This document shows positions 1-12,483 of a stretch of DNA of 64,000 nucleotides, one piece after another. The stretch is from Felis catus. Lineage: Eukaryota. The notes beneath the pieces were generated by a model. That model had not been told where the DNA came from, did not search any database, and saw only the letters and a program-made list of their open reading frames with translations. Positions within the stretch are counted from its first letter, which is position 1. The number at the start of each line of letters is the position of its first letter. Position numbers and translations under genes: made by a program. The stretch spans positions 214,894,001 to 214,958,000 of the forward strand of contig NC_058368.1 in assembly GCF_018350175.1 (NCBI RefSeq). The letters run 5' to 3'.

Positions 1-94
1 TGCTTTTCAGTACTCTTGGGATCTCTCAACTAGAATAGGTGTCTCAACTTGAATTTGGGCTGGCTCTATGATTCTTTATAAATTAATAGGGGGC

Positions 95-458
95 ATCAGA
101 TATGACATTGAGATGACTGCTGAGGCTGGTCAGAAATAGCCTTGCAGGTTCTGCCTTGGTCTCTTGGAATGCTCACCCTGGACGAAGCAAACTTCCACAT
201 GAATCTGACTACCCTGGGATGAATATGCAATGAGATGTCCAAGCTAGCTACTTTGAGAAAGGGATGACCAGCTGGGCTAGGCACTAGATATATTAGTGGA
301 GAGCCTCCAGTTGACTTCAGTCTTAGCTACCATCTGACTCCAACCGTATGTGAAATCCCAAGCAGTAACAGTCCCCATGACAAATAGTAATAAATTATTA
401 TATTTAGACAATCAATTTGAGCATGGTTTCTACAACAGCAAGAGATAACTGGAGTCAC
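95..458 (+). mobile_element. Ancient ERVL-MaLR LTR fragment (MLT1-like)
   Basis: MLT1-type blocks (ccttgcaggttctgccttggtctcttggaatgctcaccctgg; ccatctgactccaacc; 3' end ...cagcaagagataactgga). Subfamily by recall only. Confidence 0.55.
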
Positions 459-637
459 CCAAAACTTCATTTGGACTTAGACTACATTGATATAATTATA
501 TTCTTATAACAAGGATGGCACAGGGGTAGAGATGGGGAGGAATGGGTAGTGTTCTGTTTTAATTATTTTGGTCCTATAGCTCTTAGAGTAAAGTAGTTCA
601 TTTTGAGGGCTGTACTTTAAGAAGTTTACTCACAGTT

Positions 638-764
638 GGGGCACCTGGGTGGCTCAGTCAGTTGAGTATCTGGTTCTTGATTTTGGCTCAGGTCATGATC
701 TCCCCCTTTGCCCTGCTCATGCTCTCTCTCTTTCTCTAATAAACAAACAAACAAATAAATAATA
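638..764 (+). mobile_element. CAN-SINE with internal deletion
   Basis: GGGGCACCTGGGTGGCTCAGTC head jumps to the CT tract and A tail; flanked by gtttactcacagttg / gtttactcacaattg (TSD). Confidence 0.85.
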
Positions 765-974
765 CGTTTACTCACAATTGGACTTCATCACAAGAGAGAA
801 AGAATAATAGGATGATATGAGGAACTATTTCGTGTAAAAAATGCCCAGAACTAAAGGTAGTTTTGCTTAGAAAAAGAATAAACACAGATAAAGTAAATAT
901 ATATTTCTTGTTTTATCTGGGACAGTTTCAGCTTGTGCCTGTTACCTCAATACCTCACTTATTTAGCATTGAAC

Positions 975-2385
975 CAATTCTTCATTACATTCAAATGAGG
1001 TGATACACCAAAGTCAATTGCTTTTTTATATGCCAGCAGTGTACAATTAGAATGTGAAAGTTAAAAAAATAATTTTCCATACCACCCAATAAAATTCTTT
1101 GATATAAATGTATCAAAGTATACAGAGACCGTATGTAAAGAGCAATAAAAATCTGATGAAAGACATCCAAGATGATGTTAATAAATGGACATGATAAATT
1201 GAAAGGCTCAACATTGTTAAGATGTCAGTTTTTCACAACTGAATTTATAGATTCGATGCAATCCCAATCAGAATCCCAGGAAGTTATTTTTTAGGTGCTG
1301 CCAATCTGATTCTAAGTTTTATATGAAAAGACAAGTAACCTGGACTATCCAAAAAAAAATAGTAAAGAAGAACATGGAGGGCTCAATTTTCCAGATTTAT
1401 TATGAAGCTGCAGTAATCAACGCAGCAAGAGATTGGCAAAAGAATAGACGTAGCTCAGAATTAACAGAGTAGAGAACCCAGTAGTAGACAACCATAAGGG
1501 TAGTCAAATGATCTTTGACAAAAGAGCAAAGGCAAGTCAGTGGAGAAAGGATAGATTTGTAAATGAATTGTGCTAGAATAATTGGACATTTATATTCATA
1601 TTTTATGCATACATACATAAATTCATAGATATAGATCTTACATTTTTTCTGAAAAAATTAGCTCAAGGAGCACCTGAGTGGCTAAGTTGGTTGAACGTCT
1701 GACTCTTGATTTCACCTCAGGTCAAGATCTTATGGTTTGTAAGATTGAGCCCCGCATTGGGGTCTGTGTGCATCCTGTTTGAAATTCTCTCCCCCTCACC
1801 GCTACCCCTCTCACACATGCACGTGTGTGCCCCCTCTCTCAAAATAAGTAAATAGACTTAAAAATATTAACTCAAAATGGACCATACACCTAAATATAAG
1901 ACCCCAAACTATAAAACCTGTTGAAGAGAGCATATAAGAAAAATTAAGTGAACTTAGATTTGGTGATGAACTTCCTTCCACAAACATATAGCCATAGGTT
2001 TGTCATGAGAAAACATCAGACAAATCCCAATGGAAATATATCCTACAAAATACCTGACCAGTACTCTACAAAACTGTCAAGGTCATCCAAACAAGGAAAG
2101 TCTGAGAAAATGTAAAATAAAAGCTTTAAGAGACATGAAAACTAAATGTTATGTGGCATTTTGAATGGGATCCTGGAACAGAAAAAGAACACCAAAGAAA
2201 ACCTGAGGAACTTTGAAGAAAATATGGATTTTGGTTAACTATAATGTATGAACATTTATTTACTAATCCTAACAAATATACTTTGGTAATATATGATGTT
2301 ATAATAAGGGAAACTAGATAAGGCATATTTGCACCTCTCTGCACTATCTTCACAATTATTCTTAATCTAAAACTGTCCTAAAATA
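975..2385 (+). mobile_element. Ancient L1MC-type LINE-1 3' fragment (ORF2 end + 3'UTR), interrupted by a SINE
   Basis: Degenerate ORF2 motifs (ctcaacattgttaagatgtcagtt, gatgcaatcccaatcagaatcccag) and L1MC-like 3'UTR (atgagaaaacatcagacaaatcc; gaatgggatcctggaacagaaaaag). Confidence 0.7.
1667..1862 (+). mobile_element. CAN-SINE (older copy)
   Basis: tRNA-derived head, CT tract, A-rich tail. Confidence 0.85.
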
Positions 2386-2574
2386 CTGATAAGTTTTAAA
2401 AACCTATAAAAATATAGAAGCTTTATGAGATTTATAAATATTTTGACCTACATATTAATGACCTACAACATTTATAACAATACTGATGTGGAAAATGAAA
2501 TATTTTGAAAGCAGTTTGTGTGTTTTCTTCTCATCATTAATCAGATTTTTAAAGTTTAAAACTTAGATAAACTA

Positions 2575-2790
2575 CTTTTTTTAAAAAAAAGATGTTTATT
2601 TATTTTTCAGAGAGAGACAGAGTATGAGCCGGGGGGGTGCAGGGAGAGAGAAGAAGACACAGAATCTGAAGCAGGCTCCAGGCTCTGAGCTGTCAGCACA
2701 GACCCTAATGTGGGCTCAAACCCACAAACTGAGGTGTCATGACCAGAGCCAAAGTCAGACACTTAACCAACTGAGCCACCCAGGTGCCCC
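2575..2790 (-). mobile_element. CAN-SINE (SINEC_Fc2-like)
   Basis: Reverse-complement SINE ending ccacccaggtgcccc; TSD tagataaactactt / tagataaactgctt. Confidence 0.92.
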
Positions 2791-2849
2791 TAGATAAACT
2801 GCTTCTTAAATCAACCTAAGAATCTTACATTATGGGTTCTTGAGATTTT

Positions 2850-3012
2850 TGCATATATATGTTATATATAATATATATAATGTATGTATATAATTTATAT
2901 CAATAAGCATATAAATATATAAATATATTTTATATCAATAAATATATATCAATATATCAATATTTTATATCAATAAATATATACTTACATACCTATATAT
3001 AATATATATATT
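2850..3012. repeat. AT-rich low-complexity (TA)n-derived tract
   Basis: Direct reading of the sequence. Confidence 0.85.
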
Positions 3013-5439
3013 TTTCCAAGTCACTAGGGAATTTTTAATTATGGTAGTCAAAGTATATACCTCCCAAGCTTTAGGCCTTGATGAATTTTGAGAATTGCAG
3101 TTGTTCTGGAAATAAACCTTAAAATCAAAAAGACTTTGAAATGTATTTCTATGAAAACAATATATGAACTAAATGAAGAATGAGAATTCTGGATTCGTAT
3201 GATTACACTTGAAAGATACTAGTTTTGATAAGTTAAACTCATTCTTTGTATCAGACTGGAATTAAATCAAGAAGATTTTCAATTTTGCCCTACTTAAGTT
3301 TTAGGGAAATATTCAAAAGAATCCTGAGTGGATATAATGTCTTTGATGAGTTTTGTGTTACAAAAATATTTGTTGAAATAATTATTTAAAGTATTTAAAA
3401 TCATTTAAAATATTTTAAAGGCAAAATAAACTCTGTGTAAAATATATAAATTATTACATATTTTAAATTACTTTTAGATCTTGAAATGAATGATAAATTC
3501 ATTTCCTCATGAGGGCTGTAAGGATTAATTTAGATAAGTAATGTGGAGTGTTTAGAGTTTATGTGACCAAAAGGTGGGGAAAAATGGTTTATATTACTTT
3601 AAAACAGTAAAATATGTGTCAAAAGGGAATATTTCATTCAAGGTCTTTCATGGAAAGAATAGTATAGTTACTGTAGAATGGCTAACAGATAAATACCTTT
3701 AACATCTTGAAATCTAAGTAGGAGCTTCTGTAAATTTTTGAAAACGATGATTTGTGAATAAGTTGACACATTGTAATGGATCTATGTATTGGGTGTGGAA
3801 AGTAGAGCTTATTAGACTTTCCTTATGAATAAGGTTTCATTTTTTATTACCATCACTGGGTGTTTAACAGTTGGAAGAATTTACCATGAGATCATTAAAA
3901 TTTTCAATTCTAGTGGTTTTCACAGCAAGAGTTGGCCACGATTACAGTTACATATGTTTAAAAAATACACAGCCCACATAAATTTCTGTGAGCAAGATTC
4001 AGTTATAAGTAAAGTGAGAGAATAACAGTAATATTATGAAAAATGGAGAAATTTTCTCTGTTAGTGTCTATATAAAGCTTCCAAAAGTACTGTTGTATTA
4101 ATTGAACAACCTAGGAAAAATTAACTGAACCATTCAAGTAAAGTGTCACCTGACATTGCTTCATTGCTTGTTTTTAAATGTTAAACATTTCCTAATGGGT
4201 TAAATAACAATAAGCTTCAATTAGAATTAATCAAATACTTTTTTTCCCCCACATTCCTTGCACTCTTTGAGCAATCTTGTAAACACAAGTTCTTTTCCTT
4301 TGAAAAGTAGCTGCAACTTTCTTGGTCACTTAGTGGATAGAGAGGCAACACAAAATAGAGTCTTAATGGAAGAGAAAAAAAGGGAAAGGTTGATAGAGAC
4401 TTGTCTTCTGTTACCATTAGTTTACTACATCTCCACTTAGAGAAACAAAACTTAAAAGCAACAAATATGACAAACAGAAAGGAAAGAAGACAAAAATAGA
4501 CTTAGAAATTTTAAAAGAGAGAAATTGCTGTGTCCATGGAGAATATTATCAACAATATGCAAGCTAACTGAACACTGAAAATTTCATAGAATTTTCAAAT
4601 TGGGTTAGAATGATAATTAAATAGATCATTTTCAAAATAATTGAAGTAGTGAATGATGGGGAAAATAGAAGATAGCATGAGAGAAAAGAAGAAAAATGGA
4701 GGATTGATGCACACATAATGGCAAACATTCATTTAATATATAGAAATATTCTAGTAGCCCCATACTAAAAGCAACAAAGGAAAAGGTTAGGTCATTGTTC
4801 TTTTGGGAGGAGGACTTGGGGTAAGTATGCAGAGAAAATAAAAGAGCAAACCAACTCCTAATTGTTGGCCAATGAGCATCATCCATAACTAAGATTATAA
4901 CAAAATATACATTTTTTTCTGGGAATTTTATAAAAGTAAATACTGCAAATTTGAAATTTAATGTATCTCTTTTTAAAATTTCAATTTCTCTCATGCAATA
5001 AAACCATTTGGGAATTTCATACACTGGCAGGATTTTTAAGTTTATGTTTCAAATTAGGCTTTGAAATTTTGCTTAACTAATTTTGATTTATGTAAAAACC
5101 ATTACTTAGAAAGGTGTCCACTTTCTACCAGGAAATGTAATTGATTTATAAGTGACAGTTGCTAGAGATGCATTGTCACACATTAAAAACTGATTATGTA
5201 AGTACACTACATAAGAGGCTAAGCTTGTTTTTATACACATCTCTTTTCAATCCAAAATATGTAAAAAGAAAAAAAAGGATATAATTGTAATAAGACTTAT
5301 ATAATTTTTAAAACTTTTTTCCTTTATTTGTTTTTAATTAAAAAATACACCACAATGGAAATTTTAGTGTTCATGGTGTCACAAAATAAATGAAGAATAC
5401 ATATTTCATTTAGCTGCCAATTCAAAATACTGAGAAATA

Positions 5440-5640
5440 GGGGCACCTGGAAGGCTCAGTGTAACTCTTGATTTTGGCTCAGGTCACCATCTTGTCATGA
5501 GTTTGAACCCCACTTCAGGCTCTGTGCTGACAAGTGCAGAGCCTGCTTGGGATTCCCTTTGTCTCCCTCTCTCTCTGTTCCTACCCCACTTGTGCTCTCC
5601 CAACTCTCTGTCAAGAACAATAAATAAACTTTAAAAAAAT
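5440..5640 (+). mobile_element. CAN-SINE
   Basis: SINE head, body, CT tract and tail; tgagaaata on both flanks. Confidence 0.88.
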
Positions 5641-6639
5641 TAGTGAGAAATACAGTTTTAAAACTGATAAATCTTTTGCACAGAGTAGCCAGAAGGAAGT
5701 CACCAGTGTATCTGGAAGCTTTTCTGTGACCTGGTTTGTGTCTTTCTGCTGTGTGACCGCCAAATCCTCTTTACCCCCTATTGGTCAGCCATGGACATTA
5801 GAGTTGATATGATTGGCTCCTTCCCCAGGGCAATTCCCTTTGCTGTCCTAAACATCTAAATTCCTCATATCTAATTTTCTCCTGGTACTCAAAGATTAAC
5901 GTTGGCCTATTGGCTCAGTGTAGTTGGGTTGTTATTTTATAGAAGTGGATACATAGAAATAATAGTGAAACATTATAAAGTGTTTTTCTGTTTGCAACTA
6001 TTGAATAGTGTTTTTAATTTCAGAGGACAAATGTGAAACTACCATTTTTAAACTTTTATGATTGGCAATATTCAAAATAAGTAACATTGCTCATTTCCTC
6101 AAAGCAAGTAAACTCTGATTATTAAATTTTTTTTCTAGCATTAAAATTAGTGTTTTCTAATTAACTCATGTTTTCTCTAGTGTTAAGATTTTCTCTAGAT
6201 TGCTAAAATTATTTTTCTTTAGTTTCTGAAGTCATAGGATTCAGCCTGCCTTTCTTATAAACTCAGAAAACAGATTTTTTTTCTTTTCTTTCCTTTTTTC
6301 TCTTCTTCACCCAAAGGCTTTGGTGATTGCCTCCAATTCAATCCCAGGATACCACACTGCAGCTCTTTCAGAATGAGAGTCCAATACTAATCTGTCTGCA
6401 CTGGCTGTTTTGAAAGCACATTGAAAATCAGGTCACCTGTAATAGAATTGTATCACAGACCTGTGGAAAAGAATACATAAGAGTAAAGGAAGGACCGGAT
6501 GAACAAAGTAAAAAACAGTGATGAAAGCAAGGGGGGTTTTAAGAATACAAAAGTGATCTTTTTCCCTTCAAAACTAGGATTTAATCATGTAAGAATTGGA
6601 AAAGAGTTAAACCAGCTCTTTAATTTCTTTTGTACAATT

Positions 6640-7650
6640 AAAAAAATAATCTTTTATTTTAGAAAAGTTTAGATTTAGAGAATTATTGTGAAGATAGTAC
6701 TAAGAGTCCTATATACAGCATACCCCATTTTCTTTATTAACAGCTTACATTAGTATGGTATGCTTGTCACAATTAATGAATGGATATCGATGCATTATAA
6801 TTAACAAAAGTCCATATGTTCTACAGATTTCCTCAGTTTTCTCCCACTGACCATGTTTTGTTCCCTGATCCATTCCAAAATATCACATTACATTTATTTG
6901 CCATGTGCCCTTAGGCTCTTCTTGGCTGTGACATTTTCTCAAGCTTTTCTTATTTATGCTGACCTTGACAGTTTTGAAGAACACTGCTTAGGTATTTTGT
7001 AGAATGGCCTCCAATTGGGATTTGTCTGATGTTTTTCTCATAATTAAGTTGGAAGGAACACCACAAAGGTAAAGTGCCATTCCTATCACATCATGTCAAT
7101 GATACCATATATTAATATGATTTATCACTTTTGATGTTAACCTTGATCACATAGCTTGACATAGTGTTTGTCAGTTTTCTCTACTGTAAAGTTACTATTT
7201 TTAAATTTTCCTTTTCCATACTCTGCTCGAGAAAAAGTCACTGTATGTAGCATACACTTGAGGAGTGGGGATTTATGCTCCATCATCTTAAGAAAGGAGT
7301 ATCTATGTAAATTAGAATTCATATGAACATGAGCCTTTTCTATTCTGCCCCATTGATTTCTTTTTTCAGTTATTTAAATTAGTATATCATTATGGGCTTT
7401 GTGTTGGGAGGAGGAGAATTAAAAAAAAAATTTTTTGAAATAAGACATTGTTCCAGGCATGAGACACATATTTCCTGCACCAGTGGAAGGATCTGTCACT
7501 TCTCCAAGAAGTTCTGGTTTATTTTTTGTAGAATGGTATTGGAAACCAAGATTTGGGCACTGGATTTGTTTGTTGCTTCTACACTGTTCTCTAGGCTCTC
7601 TCAAAGGGATACACATATGTATAGTAACCCATGTGTATATGCAATGCTAT
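6640..7650 (-). mobile_element. Ancient L1MC-type 3' fragment
   Basis: 6960-7040 is reverse-complement homologous to 2005-2090; L1MC-like 3'UTR blocks. Confidence 0.65.
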
Positions 7651-7689
7651 AAATATTTCTACATGTTGCATTTGTTTTTCGTATTTATC

Positions 7690-9130
7690 CTACTTGGTAT
7701 TTTCTGAGCTGCCTGTGTCTGTGGTTGGGTGTCAGCCATTAATTTTTGTAACTTCTCTGCCATTTTTACCTTATATATGTCTTTTGCTGTATTCTTTTTT
7801 ATTTCTTCTTGGATCTTGGATAATTTTTTTCTTGTTTACTTTTTTCTTTTTTTAAAAACAATATCAAGTTTCTGTCAACATATCTTGAAGACCACTGACT
7901 CTTTCCTCAGCAATGTCCAATCTAATGGTGATCAAAGTCATTCTTCATTTCTCTTATAATGTTTTTTTTTCTCTTATAATGTTTTGATCTAGGATTTTCC
8001 TTTGATTTTTTCTTAGAGTTTTCATCTTTTTGCTTTTATTCCCATCCCTTTTTGCATGTTGCCCACTTTTTCCACTAGAATCCTTAATATATTAATCATA
8101 ATTATTTTAAATTCCTATATGATAATTCCAAAATGTAAGTCATATCTGAGTTTGGTTCTGATGCTTGCTTTGTCTCTTCAGATTGTTTTATCTTGCCTTT
8201 TACCATGCCCTGTAAGTTGTTAACATCCAGAGATGTATTAAGAAATTGGAACTAACACATTTAGTGGAGGATTTATGTTAACATGGCTATGATTTGGGCT
8301 TTGTTTAATGTTTGCTGTAGGTGTAGAAGATGGCGGTTTCAATTACCTGTACTGTCCTTGTTTTTTCTCGCTTCTCTCCAAAATTAAGTTGTTTTTTTCT
8401 GGAGATTATAGACTCTTTCATCTATAATCCACTTTTATTAAACTGAAGCCCTGTTGATATTATGGTGAAATGTAGTGGAGAGCAAGTTTTCTGTAATTTT
8501 CCAATTAAATATCAGTCTTAAAGTGGTCCTGTGTTTATTGTCTGTTACATTTACCTGTGTTTCTTCTTGTTTAGCTTCCTTTCCCTCTCCTTTTGATGGC
8601 ATAGAAAGATTAGAGGGGGCTGGCATGGGAGAAATGCCCTTCTGTCATAGTACTGTGATGAATCAATAGTAAACCCTCTTCCCCTAGAGAGAAGGCTTTT
8701 TTAATGGAGAAAGCTCTGGGTGCATTTCACAAGGATTACTCTTTGTTTGCTCCATCATAGATGCAAGGGACTCTTTTTTGTGTCTCCCCCATGAAAGCCT
8801 AATGTATTTCTTGATATCACCATGAAAGTGTAGAGGCTTTTGCCAGACTTCAGGCCTGAATATTTCTCATTTACACACTTGTGTCCAGAAGTTTGTCACA
8901 ATTACCATTTAAATGTTCCTATCACTCTATGGCTCTAGCCGCATCTGCTCCAGATAAGAATATTTTGACTGTGGGTTTCTCAGTTTACCTATCTCATCAG
9001 ATTTCAGGGTGGCAGTTTGCCCCACAGAATCATTTCTCTGATATGTCCAAGAAAAAAATAGTTTTTAGTTGTTCTGTTTTTATTCATGTTGCAATAACAA
9101 GAGTGAAAACTTTTAACCTATTTACATGTT
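7690..9130 (-). mobile_element. Ancient L1M 5'/ORF1-region relic
   Basis: Degenerate antisense ORF1-type blocks (tattttctgagct...gccatt; taattattttaaattcc...gataattcc...catatctgagtttggttctg). Confidence 0.5.
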
Positions 9131-9159
9131 GAAAGTAAAAATAGAAAGTAAATTAAAAA

Positions 9160-11790
9160 AAATTATTGACCATGGTCAAGTGGTTCAATATTTGCAAATC
9201 GATCTTTGGGATACATAACATCAATAAGAGAATGGGTTAATCACCATATGATCATTTCAGTAGATGCAGAAAAATCATCTGACAAAGTACAACAACCATT
9301 CATGATAAAACCCTCAACAAAGTAGGTTTAGAGGGAGCATACCTTAGCATAATAAAGGCCATGTATGAAAAACTCATAGAACATCATCCTCAATGGGGAA
9401 AGAAAGAACTTTGCCCCTAAAATCAGGAACGAAACAGGGATGTCCACTCTCACCACATTCAACACAGTACTTGTAGCCCTAGCCCCTGCAATCAATGAGA
9501 AAAAGGAATAAAAGGCATCCAAATTAGTAAGAAGTAAAACTTTTGTTATTTGCAGACTACATGATTCTTTACATAGAAAACCCTAAAGACTCTACCAAAA
9601 AAACAACTAGAACTCATAAATGAATTCAGTAAGGTTGCTGGATACAAAATCAACGTACAGAAATCCATTGCATATCTATACACTAATAAAGAAGAAACAG
9701 AAAGAAATTAAGAAAGCAATTCCATTAACAATTGCACCAAAAATAATAAAATACCTAGAAATAAACATAACAACAAGGCTAAAGACCTGCACTCTGTAAA
9801 ATATAAAACATTGATAAAAGAAATTGAAGACGACACAAACAAATGGGAAGATATTCCATGCTCATGGATCGGGAGAAAAACTATTGTTAAAATGTCCATG
9901 CTATCCAAAACAATATACAGATTCAATGCAATCCCTTTCAAAATACCAATAGCATTTTTTCCCCCACAGAACTGGTACAAATAGTCCTAAAATATGTATA
10001 GAATGACAAAAGACCTCAAATAGCCCAAACAAGCTTGAAAACAAAGTTGGAATTGTCACAATTCCAGATTTCAAGTTATAATACAAAGCTATAGCCATTA
10101 AAACAGTATGGTACTGGCACAAAAATAGACACATATACAGTAGAACAGGATAGAAAGCCCAGAAACAAACCCACAATTATATGGTCTATTAATCCGACAA
10201 AAGAGGCAAGAATATGCAATAGGAAAAAGCCTCTTCAACAAATGGCGTTGGGAAAACTGGACAGAAACGTGTGAAAAAATGAAACTGGACCACTTTCTTT
10301 CACCATACACAAAACTAAACCCAAAATGGATGAAAGACCTAAATGTGAGACCTAAAACCATAAAAATCCTTGAAGAGAGCACAGGCAGTAAACGCTTGGA
10401 CATCGACTGTAACATTTTTCTAGATATTTCTTCTCGTGTAAGGGAAACAAGAACAACAATAAACAAGACAATATCAAAGTAAGCAGCTGCTGCAATCAAC
10501 AAAACTAAAAGGCAACCTACTGGGGAAAATATTTGCAAATGACATATGTGGTAAGTGGTTAGTATCCAAAACACATAAAACATTTATATAACTGAATGCC
10601 CAAAAAACAAATAATCCAATTACAAAATGGGGAGACAACATGAACAGACAGTTCTCCAAAGAAGACATCCAAATCACCTACAGACACATGAAGAGATGCT
10701 CATCATCTCTCAACATGAGGGAAATGCAAATCAAAACCACAGTGAGGTATCACCTCACACCTGTCGAACGGCTGAAATCAAAAACCCAAGAGACGTGTTT
10801 TGGTGAGGATGTGGAGAAAAAGGAGCCCTTGTGCACTGTTGGTGAGAATGTAAACTGGTACAGCCACTGTGGAAAACAGTATGAAATTTCCTCAAAAAGG
10901 TAAAAATAAAATTACCCTATGATTCAGCAATTCCATTACTGGGTATTTACCCAAAACATATGAAAACATTAATTCAAAAAGATATATGCACCCCTATGTT
11001 TATTGCAGTATTATTGACAATAGCCAAATTATGGAAGCAATGCAAGTGTCCATTGATAGATAAATGGATAAATAAGAGGTGGGGGGTGCATGGGTGGCCT
11101 TAGTTGGTTAAGTGTCTGACTTTGGCTCAGGTCATGATCTCACAGTTTGTGAGTTTGAGTCCTGCCTCAGGCTCTGTGCTGACAGCTCGGAGCCTGGAGC
11201 CTGCTGCAGATTCTGTGTGTGTGTCTCTCTCTCTGCTCCTCCCCTGCTTACGCTCTGTCTCTCTCAAAAATAAATAAAACATTAAGAAAAGCCAGAAGAC
11301 TCGTGTCTTCATCATAAAAAAAAAAGAAGAGCTGGTATACATGAGTGTGTGCACACACACACACACACACACACAGGTAAGTGGAATATTGTTCAGCCAT
11401 AAAAAAGTGAAATCTTGCCATTTGCAACAATATAGCTGAAGCTAGAGCGTTTAATGCTAAGCAAAATGTCAGTCAGAGAAAGACAAATACCATATGATCT
11501 CACTAATATGTGGAACTTAAGAAACAAAATAAATGAACAAAGGAAATAAAGACACACCAAAAACCAGATTCTTAATTATAGAGAACAAATTGATGGTTAT
11601 GGGGGGGGGGGGCGTGTGTGAATGGGGGATGGGTGAACTAGGTGATGGGGATCAAAGAGTATACTTACCATGATGAGCGCTGAACAGTGTACAGAATTGT
11701 TGGGTCCCTTACATTATATACCTGAAACTAATATAGCACTGTATGTTAACTATACAGGAATTAAAATCAGAAACAATAAAATAAAAACCA
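9160..11790 (+). mobile_element. 5'-truncated carnivore LINE-1 (RT to 3'UTR), degenerate
   Basis: ORF2 peptides [25 protein letters not shown] and [11 protein letters not shown]...; G-rich 3'UTR and A-rich end; many frameshifts; SINE inserted at 11080. Confidence 0.93.
11080..11325 (+). mobile_element. CAN-SINE inserted in L1, with extra 3' segment
   Basis: Full SINE body; diverged TSD aaataagaggtgg / aaagaagagctgg. Confidence 0.9.
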
Positions 11791-12187
11791 AAAGAGCCTC
11801 AAGTGTTTGAGATAGGAAAGTAAAAAAAAAAAAAAAACCTGGGAGTTCAAATTACCTTTTAAAACAATTTTTTATTTCATTTTCTGATTTCTCTATGCAA
11901 CTGCTTTGGTAATAATTGCCTCTAATGTAAATTGTCATTTCCCCTTCCATCCACGTATGCTTTATTTCAATATTTCTTTTCAAAGTTCTTACATAGTTTT
12001 TGATACATAGTTACATAGTTTTCCAAAAATTACTTTCATATCATGTTAATTTTTGTTACTTGTACTTCTTTCTGATTTAGGCCTCCTGTTTTGCATTTGT
12101 GAATCTCACAATTGCATCATGACAATTTCCCAATTCACCTTCTTTCAGCCTTTGATTCCTAGGCAGTGATTTAAAATAGGGAATATT

Positions 12188-12483
12188 ATGCTAAGTGAAA
12201 TTAGAGAAAGACAAAAATCATATGACTTCACCCATATGAAGACTTTAAGAGACAAAACAGATGAACATAAGGGAAGGGAAACAAAAATAATATAAAAACA
12301 GGGAGGGGGACAAAACAGAAGAGACTCATAAATATGGAGAACCAAACAGAGGGCTGCTGGAGGGATTGTGGGAGGGGGGATGGGCTAAATGGGTAAGGGG
12401 TACTAAGGAATCTACTCCTGAAATCATTGTTGCACTATATGCTAATTTGAATGTACATTTAAAAAAAAATAAAAAATAAAATT
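12188..12483 (+). mobile_element. Short 5'-truncated L1 (3'UTR), same 3' end type as the L1 at 26470-33603
   Basis: Perfect TSD aaaatagggaatatt (12173-12187, 12484-12498) preceded by TT (TT/AAAA endonuclease site); homologous to the reverse complement of ~26500-26770. Confidence 0.93.

Noticed and set aside
3825..4025. 66-aa ORF with AG at 3869-3870 and GTGAGA near 4014
   Set aside because: No recognisable protein, weak polypyrimidine tract, composition like background.
2005..7040. Inverted similarity between ~2005-2090 and ~6960-7040
   Set aside because: Two ancient L1MC-type 3' ends in opposite orientation, not terminal inverted repeats of one element.
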